From NCBI RefSeq assembly GCF_037042905.1, contig NC_087250.1:11472001-11536000 (forward strand): 64,000 nucleotides of DNA, written 5' to 3'. A model generated the notes under the pieces. It saw nothing but the letters and a program-made list of their open reading frames with translations, made no database searches and had not been told where the DNA came from. Every line of letters begins with the position of its first letter. Positions within the stretch are counted from its first letter, which is position 1. Positions 37,299 through 50,367 of the stretch are shown piece after piece. Source of the DNA: Lytechinus pictus. Lineage: Eukaryota. The translations under genes and the position numbers were made by a program.

Positions 37299-38877
37299 CT
37301 GGAGGAAGAGAGAGAGGGAAAAAATAGAAAAAAATAATAAGTTGAATGAGTAGGGTCCTGGGCAGGAGGGGAGGGAGATAGGGGACAAGAAGATAGACAT
37401 GGAATGAGTAAGAAGCAAAATGAGAAAGAGTTTGACAAGATGGAAGAGATATGAGAAGTAGGAGAAGCCAAAAGAAGAGATAAGAATTAATTAGAATATT
37501 AAAAGAGGAAATGAAAAAAAAAAAGAAAAGGAAAGGGGAGGTGGCAAGAAGGAAGGCAAAGGAGAAGAAATTGGTGAAGAAAGAAGACAAAGGAGGTGAA
37601 TAATTAGAAGCAGCGGGAAGAAAAGGACAAAACAAAAAAGTGGAGAACCGAGAAGTAGAAATATAGAGTTGGAAAAAAAAATTGTTTGTGTGTTATTTGT
37701 GATCAACTTTAAAAATATTTACAAATGGATAAGTCTATATTTTCAAGAAAAGTTTACCATTATCAAAGTGTAAAAACTGCAATAGCAAAGGAAATATATA
37801 TGTGTTATATTGTGAAAAAGACACAAATGAATTCATGGGAGTATCCCCCTTCCCCATCCTTGGCTAATTATATGCACGCGCACGCTTTCAAACAGTGATG
37901 ACGTCACAATGCAAAAGACCAGACTGTAACAGACGATTGCCCACGGTCGGCCGCGCCGGAACTCCTTGCCATATCGCTAGCGCTAGCGCGCGGTGCATGC
38001 ATGCGCTGGCTAGCTAGCTCGCACCATAGGCCATACAAGCACTGCACTAGCACTGCATGCTGCGCTGCATGACTGTACTGTACGAGTATGGCCAGGGTTG
38101 CATGGCTAAACTGCGTGCAGACATCGGAATCCGATGCAATCTATCTAGCTGATCTAGCAAAAAGTAGCGTAATGAAATTTAGTCGATATGATGGAATTGC
38201 TAAGAGGCATTTTAATGATAATTTCAACACATACCAAATTTCTATGCATAGGTCTTTACTATTTTTTAGCAAGTTAAAAACAGTCGAAATTTGAGTCAAC
38301 ACCCCGCACAACTCTAAGTCTAAATCTACACAGTACACATCTTCCGTAGACAACATCCGCACAACACACATTAACACATACATCTTCATAGACAACAGAG
38401 AGAGAGCGCGAAAAGTGAGGATGGTGAATGTCAGAGTTCCATGAAAGATTACATTATATGTAAAACAGTTCAACAAAACATTTCTACATGTGAAGGATCT
38501 ACAGGATGAAAATATCACTACTTACCAGGGAATGTGTACTTGACCGGAGACGTAAAGTTGAATTCAAAACAACAGCAGTTCCGACGGCACTTCTTATCGA
38601 TCTGACACTCGAAATTTTGCAAGAATTTATGCTCCGCGCCGAGTAAGAGGCGCATGCGCGTGTGACGTGTTGTATCCCAGAATGCATTTCGCGTGCTCAA
38701 TTACAGTAAATTACTGTAAAGTTGATCTCCCAAAAAAAAGAACTCGAATGATTGCTGTAAATTACCGTGAACCGCCTGAATAATACGGCAAATTACTGTA
38801 AAATCATCATTACAGTATCTTACTGTTAAAATTTACATCAATTTACCGTACAAATTACAGCAATTTTTTACAGTGTA

Positions 38878-39100
38878 GATAACAAAAGAAATAGTGAGTG
38901 AGGGACATCATCGACCGTCTCATGTGCATGTCACTGATATGTGCATATCACTTTTTTTCTGAAACATAAGCGAAACTTTATAATGTCATAACTTTCTTAT
39001 TTCACATCCGATTTTGATGAAATTTTCAGCTTTATGCTAATTTGATTTTTCTCTATATTTATTCAAATAAGCATTTTTCTGGGGTGGACTTGACCTTTAA
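38878..39100. mobile_element. Right half of a TTAA MITE split by the CACTA element (left part about 31470-31672)
   Basis: Internal inverted motif CACTCACTATTTC/GAAATAGTGAGTG on either side of the CACTA element; ends GGGGTGGACTTGACCTTTAA. Confidence 0.65.
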
Positions 39101-40939
39101 AAAAAAGGGATTGACAACTGATTTTATTCTTAAGAAATTCTTTGTTACAGGGAACTTCGAGACATTATCATACACTCATTGTGAAATGAATGAATCTTGA
39201 TCATTTTTGTAACGATGATTCAGCCCACCCATGACGGCGTGCATATAACTATTTTTTTAAAGAAATAATAATAATAATAATAAAACATTAATTGCTTATA
39301 TAGCGCATATAACGATGATAAAATCATGTCTCTATGCGCTTTAGAAAGAAGAATATAAAGAATGGAGAAGAAAGAAAAGCCTGTTCACAGAGGAGCAAAT
39401 ATATAATATCAATTAATAGGTACATGTATATCTTATTTTACAAAAAGGAATGTCTTCAAAAGGGACTTAAAGGATTCTACATTATTAGCTTGTTTAACAA
39501 TATCAGGTAATTTATTCCAAAGTTCAGCAGAGGACATTTTGAAATGTTGCCAAAGGTTTAAACACTGGCGGACCCAGGGGAGGGAGGCAAAGTCGGCCCG
39601 TACGTGCCTGCCCCCCTTTTGAGAGGCAGAATTAAAATTTGTAATGTAAACATGCCGTTAAAATCGAAGAGTGCCCTCCCCCCTGATAGTGATGCCTTTT
39701 TTTCTTGTCAATATTTTCGTGGACGAAATATCCTTAGTTTTCGGTTAAAACTTTTTTTTCTTTTTTTTTTTTGCTTTTAAAATTTCCCTCGGGAAATGTG
39801 CCAACCCCCTTTGGAAAATTCTGGATCAGACCATGGATTTAAATATAACAATTTTGCCATTGTGATTTCATTTCGTTTATTTCCTTCTCCAACATTTACA
39901 ATAATATTTGTTTCGTACAATTTGATATACAAAATATAGGCCTAATCAAGAAAACATATTTCAAATCTCCGTGTACAAATAATATAATCATTAATATAAA
40001 CAGGTTGGACATGGAGGAGACTGCTAAAAAGCGGAGTAGCCTATAGACAAAAAAACTTTGTAGATACATAATATAGGGGGAAGAAATTCAAAATTTCATC
40101 AAATTTTGATTAAATTGTTTCAGCTTCAGTTTTATTTTTTCTCATTTCCAACAAAAACAGTAAACAAAATCCATCATAAATACAAATGTAACAATTGAAA
40201 TGTAATACAGAAACATGTAACGCAATTGTCATTGGCTTAGTAAAATCATATCTTTTTATCCCTAATTATATACCCCGTTATCTGTATTTCGGTTTTAAAA
40301 GTGGGGGCTGCGAGCCGACAGACTCGGAGGGGGGGGGGGCGGGGGTTGTCGTCATGCACCGATGCAAAATATCACCATTGGGTGGTCATTTGTCCGTTTT
40401 TGTACATGGTTTTGGAGAAAAAAAATGCAGAGGGCCGGGCTCAGCCCTCAGGTTCCGCGGCCCCTTTATATTTAATTTTCTCAATTAATTTTCAAGATTT
40501 TAGAAATTTATTTCATTTCCATCATACATCAAATACAATTTTGGCTGTGTTCCTCGTAATTTCTTTAACTGACTGAGTCAAACAATAGCAGAGCAGAAGA
40601 TACGATATTACAGATATGAATCGTAATAAATCATGTGGGGGTGTCGTGGTCTATGACTTTCGTCTTTCAATCTGAAGCTTGCATGAGTTCGATTTCTAGC
40701 CATGGCACGATTTCCTTCAGCATTGTGCTGCACTCAACCCAGGTGAGGTGTATATGCTCTGAATCTCCTGATTGAAAAGGAACAGCTGCTCTATATCTGC
40801 TAAGCCAATTAGGTAATATTTATGCTGCATTATACTTCTGATAAAATAAGCGTTATGCGGTATATTTATAGGCAATAATCATGATGATGATAATAATTTA
40901 AACTATTTATTGCAGGGAACCCATACTAACAAGCTTTGC

Positions 40940-41220
40940 TTTCCAGTGGGTTCATTTTTTTCATTTCTGTATATTATATTTTTGTGTTTTGCTTTACATT
41001 GTAACCTTTGTTAAATTTTGGAATGAAAAAGAAAAAAAAAATTATAATAATAATAATGATAATAACAATAATAGTAATATTTTCCAGTGGGTTCATTTTT
41101 TCATTTCTGTATATTATATTTTTGTGTTTTGCTTTACATTGTAACCTTTGTTAAATTTTGGAATGAAAAAGAATAAAAAAATTATAATAATAATAATGAT
41201 AATAACAATAATAGTAATAA
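40940..41220. repeat. Tandem duplication of about 140 bp
   Basis: TTCCAGTGGGTTCATTTTT...AATAGTAAT present twice. Confidence 0.9.
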
Positions 41221-41673
41221 TAAAAATATAGATGTAATAATAATTGTCAGTATTATCATCATATTATCACCATCATGCATTTACTCAAAATTATGTATCT
41301 GCCTGTAATGGTAAAGACAAGATTGCATTAAAAACTTTGAGGAAACCTCTCGCGGCACTATATGCAAAGTATAGAGGTGTCAAATTAGTAGTTCTAAAAT
41401 ATGGCACATTTTCCTTCAGTTAAAATTCAAGAAACGCCTTTGGTTCCGCACTTCGCGTCAATGGATCTATTTTCGAGCCCCCCTTCCTATCTGCGCATTC
41501 CAATATTTTTCGTTACTATGTTTTATTTAAAAAAAAAAACGATTTGAGCAAAATAAAGCCATGTGTATATTGATCAGATCATGGAGCTATTATTGTTTAA
41601 TAGCTCCATGATCAGATCTAGGCTGCATTGATTGTGAGACAAGTTCTAAAAATGTAGGCCTAATTGAATTTAA

Positions 41674-43257
41674 AGGGATGGTCCGGGCTGAAAGTATTTA
41701 TAGCTTAATGAATAAAATATAATTCACCAAGCAAAATGCCGAAAATTTCATCAAAATCGGACACCAAATAACAAAGTTATTGAATTTCAAAGTTAAGCAA
41801 TATTTTGTGAAAACAGTCGCCATGAATATTCATCATATGTGGGCTGATGATGTCACATCCCTACTTGTTCTTTTGTATTTAATTTATATGAAATTAGGTT
41901 TATTCAAATTTTTCCTCCAAGAGCTAGAAAAATTGGATTGACAACTGATTTAGTACATTAGATATTTATTGCTGCAACTTATTTCATTATAAGGGAGACA
42001 TATTATTCACACAAGTATGAAAAAAATTAAATAACATAAGAAAACGGAAAGTGGAGATGTGACATCATCAGCCCAACTAATGAATATTCATGGTACTGTT
42101 TTCACAAAATATTGCTAAACTTTAAACTTAAGTAACTTTATAATTTGTTATCCGATTTTGATGAAATTTTCGGAATTTTGCTCAGTGAATTCTACTTTAT
42201 GTATTAAGATATAAATATTTTAACCATCTTTTAAAAAACAATACATTTCCATTGCGATCTTTTATATTCGAATTAAGCCACAAAAAGATGGTTCGATATT
42301 GGAATTCTAAAAGTAAAAGACATTATTTCAGATTCCAAATTCAAATCATTAAAGGAAATAGAAGTTTTATTTGAAAAAAAGTATGCAAATCTTTTTCAGG
42401 AGTATAACATTGTAATGAATGCAATACCGAATGTTTGGAAAAAGACCAGATTTGAGTTATTTTTTGAGATTCTTCAACCTAAAAGTGAAGACATTCTACA
42501 GAATATTTTGATGAATGTAAATAGGAAAAGAGGTTCAAAGTTATTTTACACCATTATTTCAAACAAAATAAGTATTAAGCCTAAAGCTGAAGAAAGATGG
42601 GAAAATATTTTACAAGAAGAGATTGATTGGAAATCTGTATGGTTATTTAATCTACAAACTGTCAAAGAAAATAGAATAATAGAGTTTAATTATAAGTTAT
42701 TACATAATCTTTTACCTCATAGATATAATTTGTATAAATGGAAGTTAAGAGATAATCCTTTATGTTCACATGACAATGAAATACATGACAGCGTACATTT
42801 ATTTGTAACTTGTAAAAAAACACAATTATTCTGGAAAATATTTAGCAGTATCGTGTATAAAGTTGTAGGCATTAAATTTGACTTTAATGTTGCTACTCTG
42901 ATAAAAGGATATGAGTTGAAAAACAAAAAGTATAGAATTTTGAATCTTCTAATTATGTATGCAAGGTATGCTATTTATTCAATTTTTATTCGAACAGAAA
43001 GTCGGAGTTGTAGATTCCATGAGTTTGGTATACTTTGTTTATTCAAAAGGTTGATTTGTAATCGTTTAGAAATAGAGAAGCGTTGTAAAAGTAAAAATTT
43101 GTGTATTTTTGAAAACAGTCCTGTTCAAGAAAATATTTCATGCTTTGTATGACATTGTTAACATTTTATGTAACTATCACATGTGATTATTTATCAATAA
43201 AATTATTTTTAAAAGAAAAAAAAAAAGATATAAATATTTTTAGTCCGGACCATCCCT
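41674..43257. mobile_element. MITE family A copy interrupted by the LINE
   Basis: Same TIRs and TTAA flanks as 20471-21048. Confidence 0.85.
42222..43224 (+). mobile_element. 5'-truncated, 5'-inverted L1/Tx1-clade LINE (ORF2 C-terminus with zf-RVT-like knuckle)
   Basis: ORF 42415-43152 (FNYKLLHNLLP...CSHDNEIHDSVHLFVTC), AATAAA and poly(A), 16-bp TSD AAGATATAAATATTTT at 42206-42221 and 43225-43240. Confidence 0.9.
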
Positions 43258-44159
43258 TTAAGCATAGTGCACAATAGGTAAATCCTTAGGCCTAAAAATT
43301 GTTAAGCCTGTCCTCATAAGCTCAAAATCGGTAGGGTCGGTTGGTCATTTATACACTCAGGACGCACACCCGATCCGGCATTCAATGGTCAGAAAAATAT
43401 TCATATAAAATCAACGGTGCATATCTGAACCTTTTTTTTTTCATAATTATGTGCATCGAGAGGGATTATTACTGGATCTATTCAGTCCCATGGGAGAGCA
43501 GTAATTTGTCAATGCTGGATTTTATTGGAACTTAATTAGTTGCCCAACTGTGACTGCAACCAATGCAATCTGGTTTGAAGCCCCTGTACATAGCGCGAAA
43601 AAATTCCGAAAACCCCCTTTTCATATTTTTAGTGTTTGAAGATTATTGGATGAACTACCAATGGTAAAAGTTTGGATTGTGTCATTATTCGCGATTAAGT
43701 TTTTCAAATCTCATTTTAACACATGAGTCTATGAGGAAATAAATTTAGTTAGTATGGTACGTGTGTGCCCTTGACATTTCCCCTGTTTTCCCTTATGTTA
43801 CTCAAACGGGCGAGTCAAAAACTTTGAGCCCGCGTTTTTCCCAATTTTTTGTTCGAGCTACATATTGCTGAACGGCTGATATGTATGGGAGATATGACTG
43901 AGGTACTCACTTAAAGCTGTATGATCAGTGGTCAGTGCCATTAATATACATTCGCTATATACTCCCGCGCAGCTGCCTCGCTGCACTATGAGTGAATGAC
44001 GCATTAAATTGGACTCTATATGAAGTCAAATATTTCGAAACGCGCAATTTGTGTGTGTGTGTTTTTCAAAGCCACTAAATACAAATTTGAGCAAATTATA
44101 CACCCAAATCTGAATTTTCTTCACCAAAACATTGAATTCGTATATTTTGGGTTTGCAAT

Positions 44160-44330
44160 AAATAATAATAACAATAATAATAATGATCATAATAATAATA
44201 ATAATAATGATCATAATAATAATAATAATAATGATAATAATAATAATAATAACAATAATGATAATAATAATGCAACAACAACAACAACAACAACTACCAC
44301 TACTACTATACTACTACAACTTCTACTACT
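44160..44330. repeat. (AAT)n/(CAA)n/(CTA)n microsatellite
   Basis: Visible triplet runs. Confidence 0.95.
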
Positions 44331-46715
44331 AATCATACGGACGGTCGAATATCGCAATTTATAGGCCTATAATATTCTTTATGCCTTATTTAAGCATGCT
44401 TGATTTTTTGGTAAAACAGACATACAAAAGAGTAAAAGAAATTAATAATCGCATTGCTATCTTTCCTCACTATTCATAGGCTTAATAATTAGTATAAGGG
44501 GTGACTGGGGACTGGGGGGCGACCGCCCTCGCCCCATCACCTATTTATACACGGTTGCACATAAAATTATATCTAAATCCGTTATGAAATGTGTTCAGCA
44601 AGGTTAACATTCCAAAGAACACGTAGTATCAGTGACTATTAAGATTTACAAAAACATGCTGATCTCACGCTGTTCCATCAGGGATAGGTTGTGAGTTGTT
44701 TATTTCCCAGGATATATATGTTCACGATCTATTTATATACTCCTCATTAACATACACCCTTGAAAAGCAATAATGAAACCCGACACATGCCCACCTATGA
44801 CCCTGTGACTCAGAAAAGCGACACCGTGCCCCATTGGTCACTTAGATATGGTAATTTTGTTTGTCTGACGTATTGTCCAATCAGCTTCTTTGTCATTAAA
44901 ATTACCCTATTATACTCGGAACCTCGGAACCTGTCGACGGTGAGTGAAATGCCGAATAATATTTTCTGATAAATTTTAGGGGTTAAACGTGCTACAGCTC
45001 GACGAGCTGCTTGGTGCCACTTATTGATCGATTATTTTCATGAAAAAAGCATGATATGATGTAGAATTTTTTGTACCTTTTCTGTAGTGTAGAATACTGC
45101 CTTTCTGATGCACTTACGCACTTGTTCCCATTGACTCTGTGTAGAAACATACGGAGCCGTATTCACACAAGAAGCCTATGCTTCGGAATTTTATTCAATC
45201 GAAAATCCGACAATGATGTCAATGTTCTCGCCATCGAATTCTGTCCAAAATGTTGAAAATATGTATGTAATGTACTTATATGTTGTAATTGAGATGAATA
45301 TAACATCGCTGTTTGCTTTTGGTCGATATAAGTGGGGAAGATAATGAGTAATAATCTCTCATTTATGTGTGCGAAATAGATGAGTGTCAAAATCTTTCAT
45401 GTTGGAGCGGATGCTCAAAGGTTTACCAGGCGGCCAGTGTCGGGCCGCGGACAGAGCTGTGTCCGCTCGTTGAAGTTTGTTGGGCTCGACCTATTAGTAT
45501 TAGTATTGAATGCGAACACTGCACTGCAAGTGCACCAGTGCAGTGCATGCATTATTATAACCGGATAGTTTACTGCAACAGCACTGCACTGGTGGCAGTC
45601 ATGGCAGCAGTTGCACACAGTTGGCCCACTGACAAGTGAAATTATCCATAGGCATTAAAAAGAGTGAGTTTACATGTAAACTCACTATTTTTAATAATTT
45701 TTAAACTCCTGATCTGGGTCCCTTTCAAACTTGTTCGTTGTGCTGAACATCTCTTCTTCTTTATAAGTATACCCAGTTGTTGTGTGTCCGGACGATCAAT
45801 TTTAGAAAGTCATTCGGGAAAAATTACTAGCGAAGTTTCATCAATTTTTTGTACAAAATGTTAGGAAATATTATAGAGAACAAAATAGTAGATGATTAAA
45901 ACTATTGAATTCACATTTTTAGTGTAATCCAAAGACAAAAATGAAGGCTTCAAAAATATAGTGTCCGGACACCCGACCCCCCATCCTACAGGCCACCGTC
46001 TGGCGTATTGTCGTACTGACTGCTGAATTAAACATTAAAATCTTAGGAGTACTATACTATAGACTATAGTCATGGTTAATTGATTTTTTGGCATAATTCT
46101 TATCGTGGTCTGTAGATTCAATTATATCAACATCAATATTTTCTTGAATGAATTCAATGAAATTCAAACTATCTACACAAATGAATTAGGCCCTATGCAA
46201 TTATTGCATCAATTTTCTTGCAATTCTGATCTTGCCCTTCCTGGCATGTGAATGTTTTTTAATCATTTGAATAATAAATGGATCATAATTGGAACGTGTT
46301 TTCCCTGTGGAAAAAGTGGGAAAATCAACAAAATTGCTGATCTGTTTTTTTTTTAATTGGTTATTTTGAGAAAATTCAGAATGAAAAGAATTGTTTGTGG
46401 CTCCATAATTTTCATCATCTTTCTATTCAAATTCCTTGGGGAATGTTCAATGTCTGAGTTTGCTCAATCTCAAGATTTTAGCCCAATCAGCCCTCTTCTT
46501 GATTATTTTTGAGATTTAAGAAGTACCCCATCTCCACTAGTGCAAGAAGTGAATTCGTGCTTGAGCTAGGCATCGATGCACACCATGAATAAATAATTCT
46601 GAGTTGAATCTAGAGTGCGTCTGCACCTGCGAACTAGCAGGATAATTCGTTAATAGCACGCTATTATAATTTGTTAAAAGCACGCTATTTTGCAAATAAT
46701 CTTAAGTTGACTTTA

Positions 46716-47309
46716 AGGAGAATGAAACCTTTCGAACAAGATAGATTGTGTGAAAACAGAAAAATCAAAGAAACAGATCAACAAAAGTTTGAGAAAAATC
46801 TGACAAATAATGAGAAGGTTATGAGCATTTGAATTTTGCGATCACTAATGCTATGGAGTTCCTCAAATTGGCAATGCGACAAAGATGTGTGATGTCACTT
46901 GTGAATAACTCTCCCCGTTACTGTAATATATACATGTATTTCACTTAAATTGCCTCTTATATCACATCTATCAGTAGATCATGTGTTCTTTCTGTAGGAG
47001 GGCATGTAATACAGATTTTTAAAGAATACATCATGGATAAAAAGTTTGTATCACCATAAGAAAAAGCAAAAAGAGACATTTTGAGGGTATTTTATAGTCC
47101 ATCAAATGGAAAGTTGTTCACATGTGACATCACACATCCTTGTCACATTGCCAATATGAGGATCTCCATAGCATTAATAGTGATTGCAATATTAAAATGC
47201 TCATAACTTTCTCATTATTTGTCCGAATTTTCTCAAACTTTCTTTGTTCTTATTCTTTGATTTTTCTGTTTCGACACAAGCCTACTTGTTCCAAAGGTTT
47301 CATTCCCCT
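46716..47309. mobile_element. MITE related to family B
   Basis: TIR AGGAGAATGAAACCTTT...AAAGGTTTCATTCCCCT; internal similarity to 30380-30968. Confidence 0.75.
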
Positions 47310-48619
47310 TTATGTAGGATTTGCAATCTCAATATTAATCCAGCAAACTATCCCAATGATGGGTCTCCATTACAAATAATCTTGAGATTGTTCAGATCGG
47401 ATAATTTGCTGGATCAGAGCCATAATTTGGCACACATATATATTTAATTTATCTTCTGATGCCAAATATGTGACTCCCAGGTACGGGTTCTGAACTTGCG
47501 CAATATTAAAGTGTACTGGTATGTCAGACTCAAATTTGCTCAAAAACATTAATTCATGTGCAAATCCAATGCAAATTATATTTATAGCCATTAGGCCTAT
47601 TCATAAAAAAATAATGTTTCCTAATTCTAGACTTTCATGGTGTTGGTAGAGTGTAAAATGATGAACATTCATTTTCAGTTAATGTTGCAACACCATGAAA
47701 GTTATATCAGTCACGAAACGACCTTTCAGAATTCAGAGTCAAGAAAGAGGGGGATATTCTTCATTTTCATGAGAGGTTCCAACTAAAACAATTTCAATGA
47801 AATCTGGAAAATAATGGCCATTTCGTGGTTTAAAAATGAAACTTTTTGTAAATTTTTTTTGGTCAAAGTCTCCTACCGGTTAAACTTTTAAACATGCGTT
47901 TATTAATAGCTTTTAAACAATTTTCAAATAAACGTAATGTCTCAGGTCTACTTAATAGTTTGTATAAATTATTTCAGGGAAATAGGGAAGATAGACCCTA
48001 CTGCTCGCCCATTGCAATGTGAAATATCGGCAACTCTTTTGGAAGGGTTCTTTTTTGCCCAGTATGGTCTAATAATTGTCAAAATAAGAAAACAAATTTA
48101 TGTTTTTGACTGTCACTTGAATGGCCTTTATCTATTTTGACTCTGCTCTTATACAAAAACAATTGTGTCAATGAAAGCGCACTCCATGCATGTAGTGACG
48201 TCTTTAACAGGTGTCTCAAACTTTTGCAGAACTGGCCGAGTTAAAGTGACCCCCTCAGTAAAAACTTTGAGAAAAAAAAATGGTTTGTATATGTGTGCCT
48301 TTCATGAAGAATTCAGGGCCCCGTCTTACAGAGAGTTACGATTGATCCAATCAACCACAACTATCAAAGCTAGCAATGTCACCAAAAATATATATATGTT
48401 TGTTCAAAATATTTTCGAGATACATGTACAGGTATTGTTTTCTTGACAATTCAGAATGCTTCTCTTTGTTTTCAAAGGACATTGTGCAAATTTCCTATAG
48501 AAAAAAGTATATGATTTTAGTGGATTTCCATACATGTATACTTGAGGTTGTTCGGATCAATCGTATACTCTCTTTTTATATGGGCCCCTGATGAATGAAA
48601 TAGTTTTATTTTGTTACAG

Positions 48620-48712
48620 AATTTACATGTGGAGTAACAGAAAGAATCAAGAAACATGACGCTGGCCGGGGCTGCCGGATGATCACAAGACTCCGCCAAA
48701 GTGGCTTTTCAG
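48620..48712 (+). other. Putative 5'UTR exon of the BICRA-like gene, containing uORFs
   Basis: ttttgttacag acceptor, CAG|GTAAAT donor, GC-richer than its flanks. Confidence 0.5.
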
Positions 48713-49462
48713 GTAAATATAAACTTCCATTTTCGTTATCCCTGTATACATGTGCTGTAACTTGCCATCTACTACAGTAATGTTAAAAAGGAAGTTTACC
48801 TTTACCCTGAGGAAACTTTTGTTGTATACGGTAATAAGGACAGTGATTTTCCTTTTCAAAAAATTGCCTTTTCCGTTTCAGAAAATCTCAAATTCCGTTT
48901 CAGCATGTCAGAAAACTTCTGTTTCCCCATAGACTTTGTGTACATGAAAAAGAAACAATTCCGTTTACCCATTGAATAGCAATGTCATAACATTCAAAAT
49001 TTGTATCTGCCACTGTACCAGCAACGCAATATAATCTGTTCTAAACGGATCTATGCGGGTAGACAAAATATTTTGACAAACACATTTAACATAAAATACA
49101 TCCTCGCCTTTCACATCATCAGCATTATTTTTCGGTTAAATGAAATTTCATCGATAATTTTGGGGGTTTTTGGACATCATTTTCAGCAGTCAACGATTTC
49201 CGCCTATCCGCCATTTTGGATTTCAAGACCCCGATCAATATCGTGCTGTTACATCTTCGAACGTAGAGGGCAGCAACACAATATTGTGAAATGATCTTTC
49301 TGTTGATATACTGAAGGTTCTATTAAAAACCATGTTCATCATTTATTTTATTTATTTTTTATTCAAGATACAGATCATACATGTACAGAGGAAGCTGCTT
49401 GCATATGAGGTCACAAATCAAAACATTTCAATTCTAATTAATTTTTAAAATCTTTGCCGGAT

Positions 49463-49770
49463 GGAGCGTTGTGGCCCAGTGGATTAGTCTCCGGACTTTG
49501 AAACAGAGGGTTGTGGGTTCGAATCCCAGCCATGGCGTAATTTCCTTCGGCAAGAAATTTATCCACATTGTGCTGCACTCAACCCAGGTGAGGTGAATGG
49601 GTACCTGGCAGGAATTTATTCCTTGAAATGCGTGTGCGCTGTAATCTTAGTAATTACGGCTGCCAAGCTACAGCTGGGGTAATAATATCCAAGTCCTTTG
49701 GAAGCGCATAGAGACATTATTCATAATCGTGATATGCGCTATACAAGAACTGTTTATTATTATTATTATT
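49463..49770 (+). mobile_element. tRNA-derived SINE, full length
   Basis: A box TGGCCCAGTGG, B box GGTTCGAATCC, conserved core TGCACTCAACCCAGGTGAGGTGAATGGGTACC, (ATT)n tail. Confidence 0.85.
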
Positions 49771-50332
49771 CCTCAAAACTTCACTGGCAATTGTTCTTGT
49801 TTTTTCTGTTATTTTAAAACAAAATTTTGTCAGGATCAACTTTCCCTTTAACCTCTTTGCAGTACTTGATTTTGATTGCCTGTTGATAATCATTTCCTTG
49901 GTAGTTACCATTTGGATGACAAGGTTGCCATTAAATGTTATGCAATGGGCTCCAGGGGCCCCTCTTACAAAGAGTTGCCATTGATCCTATCAATCGCAAC
50001 TATGGAAAGCCAGCAAAGTCACCATCTAAAATACATGAATGTACAAAATGTTTTCTAGATATGATGTAAATTACATAAATTCATTGTTTTCTGGACAATG
50101 TGGGGTGTTGAATTGTTCTCCTTTGTTGACAAAGGACATTTTGCAAATTTCCTGTAGAAAAAATTACTACATTGATGGATTTCCATTGAGTTGCGATGGA
50201 TTGGATCATGTAACTCTTTGTAAGACAGGGCCCAGAAGTGTCTTCTTATTTGACAGACATGTTTTATAAGAACCTACTTTCATTGGTAGTATAATACAGT
50301 GATGTATTTTTTTTCTACAGCCATTTCAGGAC

Positions 50333-50367
50333 ATGGATGATGGTAGATGCCTACTTGACGTGATAGA
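50333..50367 (+). CDS. BICRA: BICRA-like coding exon 1 (MDDGRCLLDVI)
   Basis: Acceptor at 50320, GTAAGT donor, phase 2. Confidence 0.88.

Larger units (their letters stand above)
31675..38875. mobile_element. CACTA/EnSpm (CMC)-type DNA transposon, 7.2 kb, non-autonomous
   Basis: Termini CACTGTAAAAA...TTTTTACAGTG, TA on both flanks, arrays of TTACTGTAA/TTACAGTAA subterminal repeats at both ends; interrupts a MITE. Confidence 0.85.

Noticed and set aside
37102..37635. 177-aa hydrophobic ORF as a membrane protein
   Set aside because: Mostly a polypyrimidine intron tract read in frame with the 125-nt transposon exon
42415..43152. 245-aa ORF as a host gene
   Set aside because: It is bounded by a TSD and poly(A) inside a MITE, so it is a LINE ORF2 C-terminus
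44020..44364. Poly-Asn/Thr ORF
   Set aside because: Microsatellite translation
49463..49535. tRNA genes at SINE heads (also 7132, 11100, 22350, 50397, 4660)
   Set aside because: The heads run directly into SINE core or body sequence and lack a proper acceptor stem and terminator
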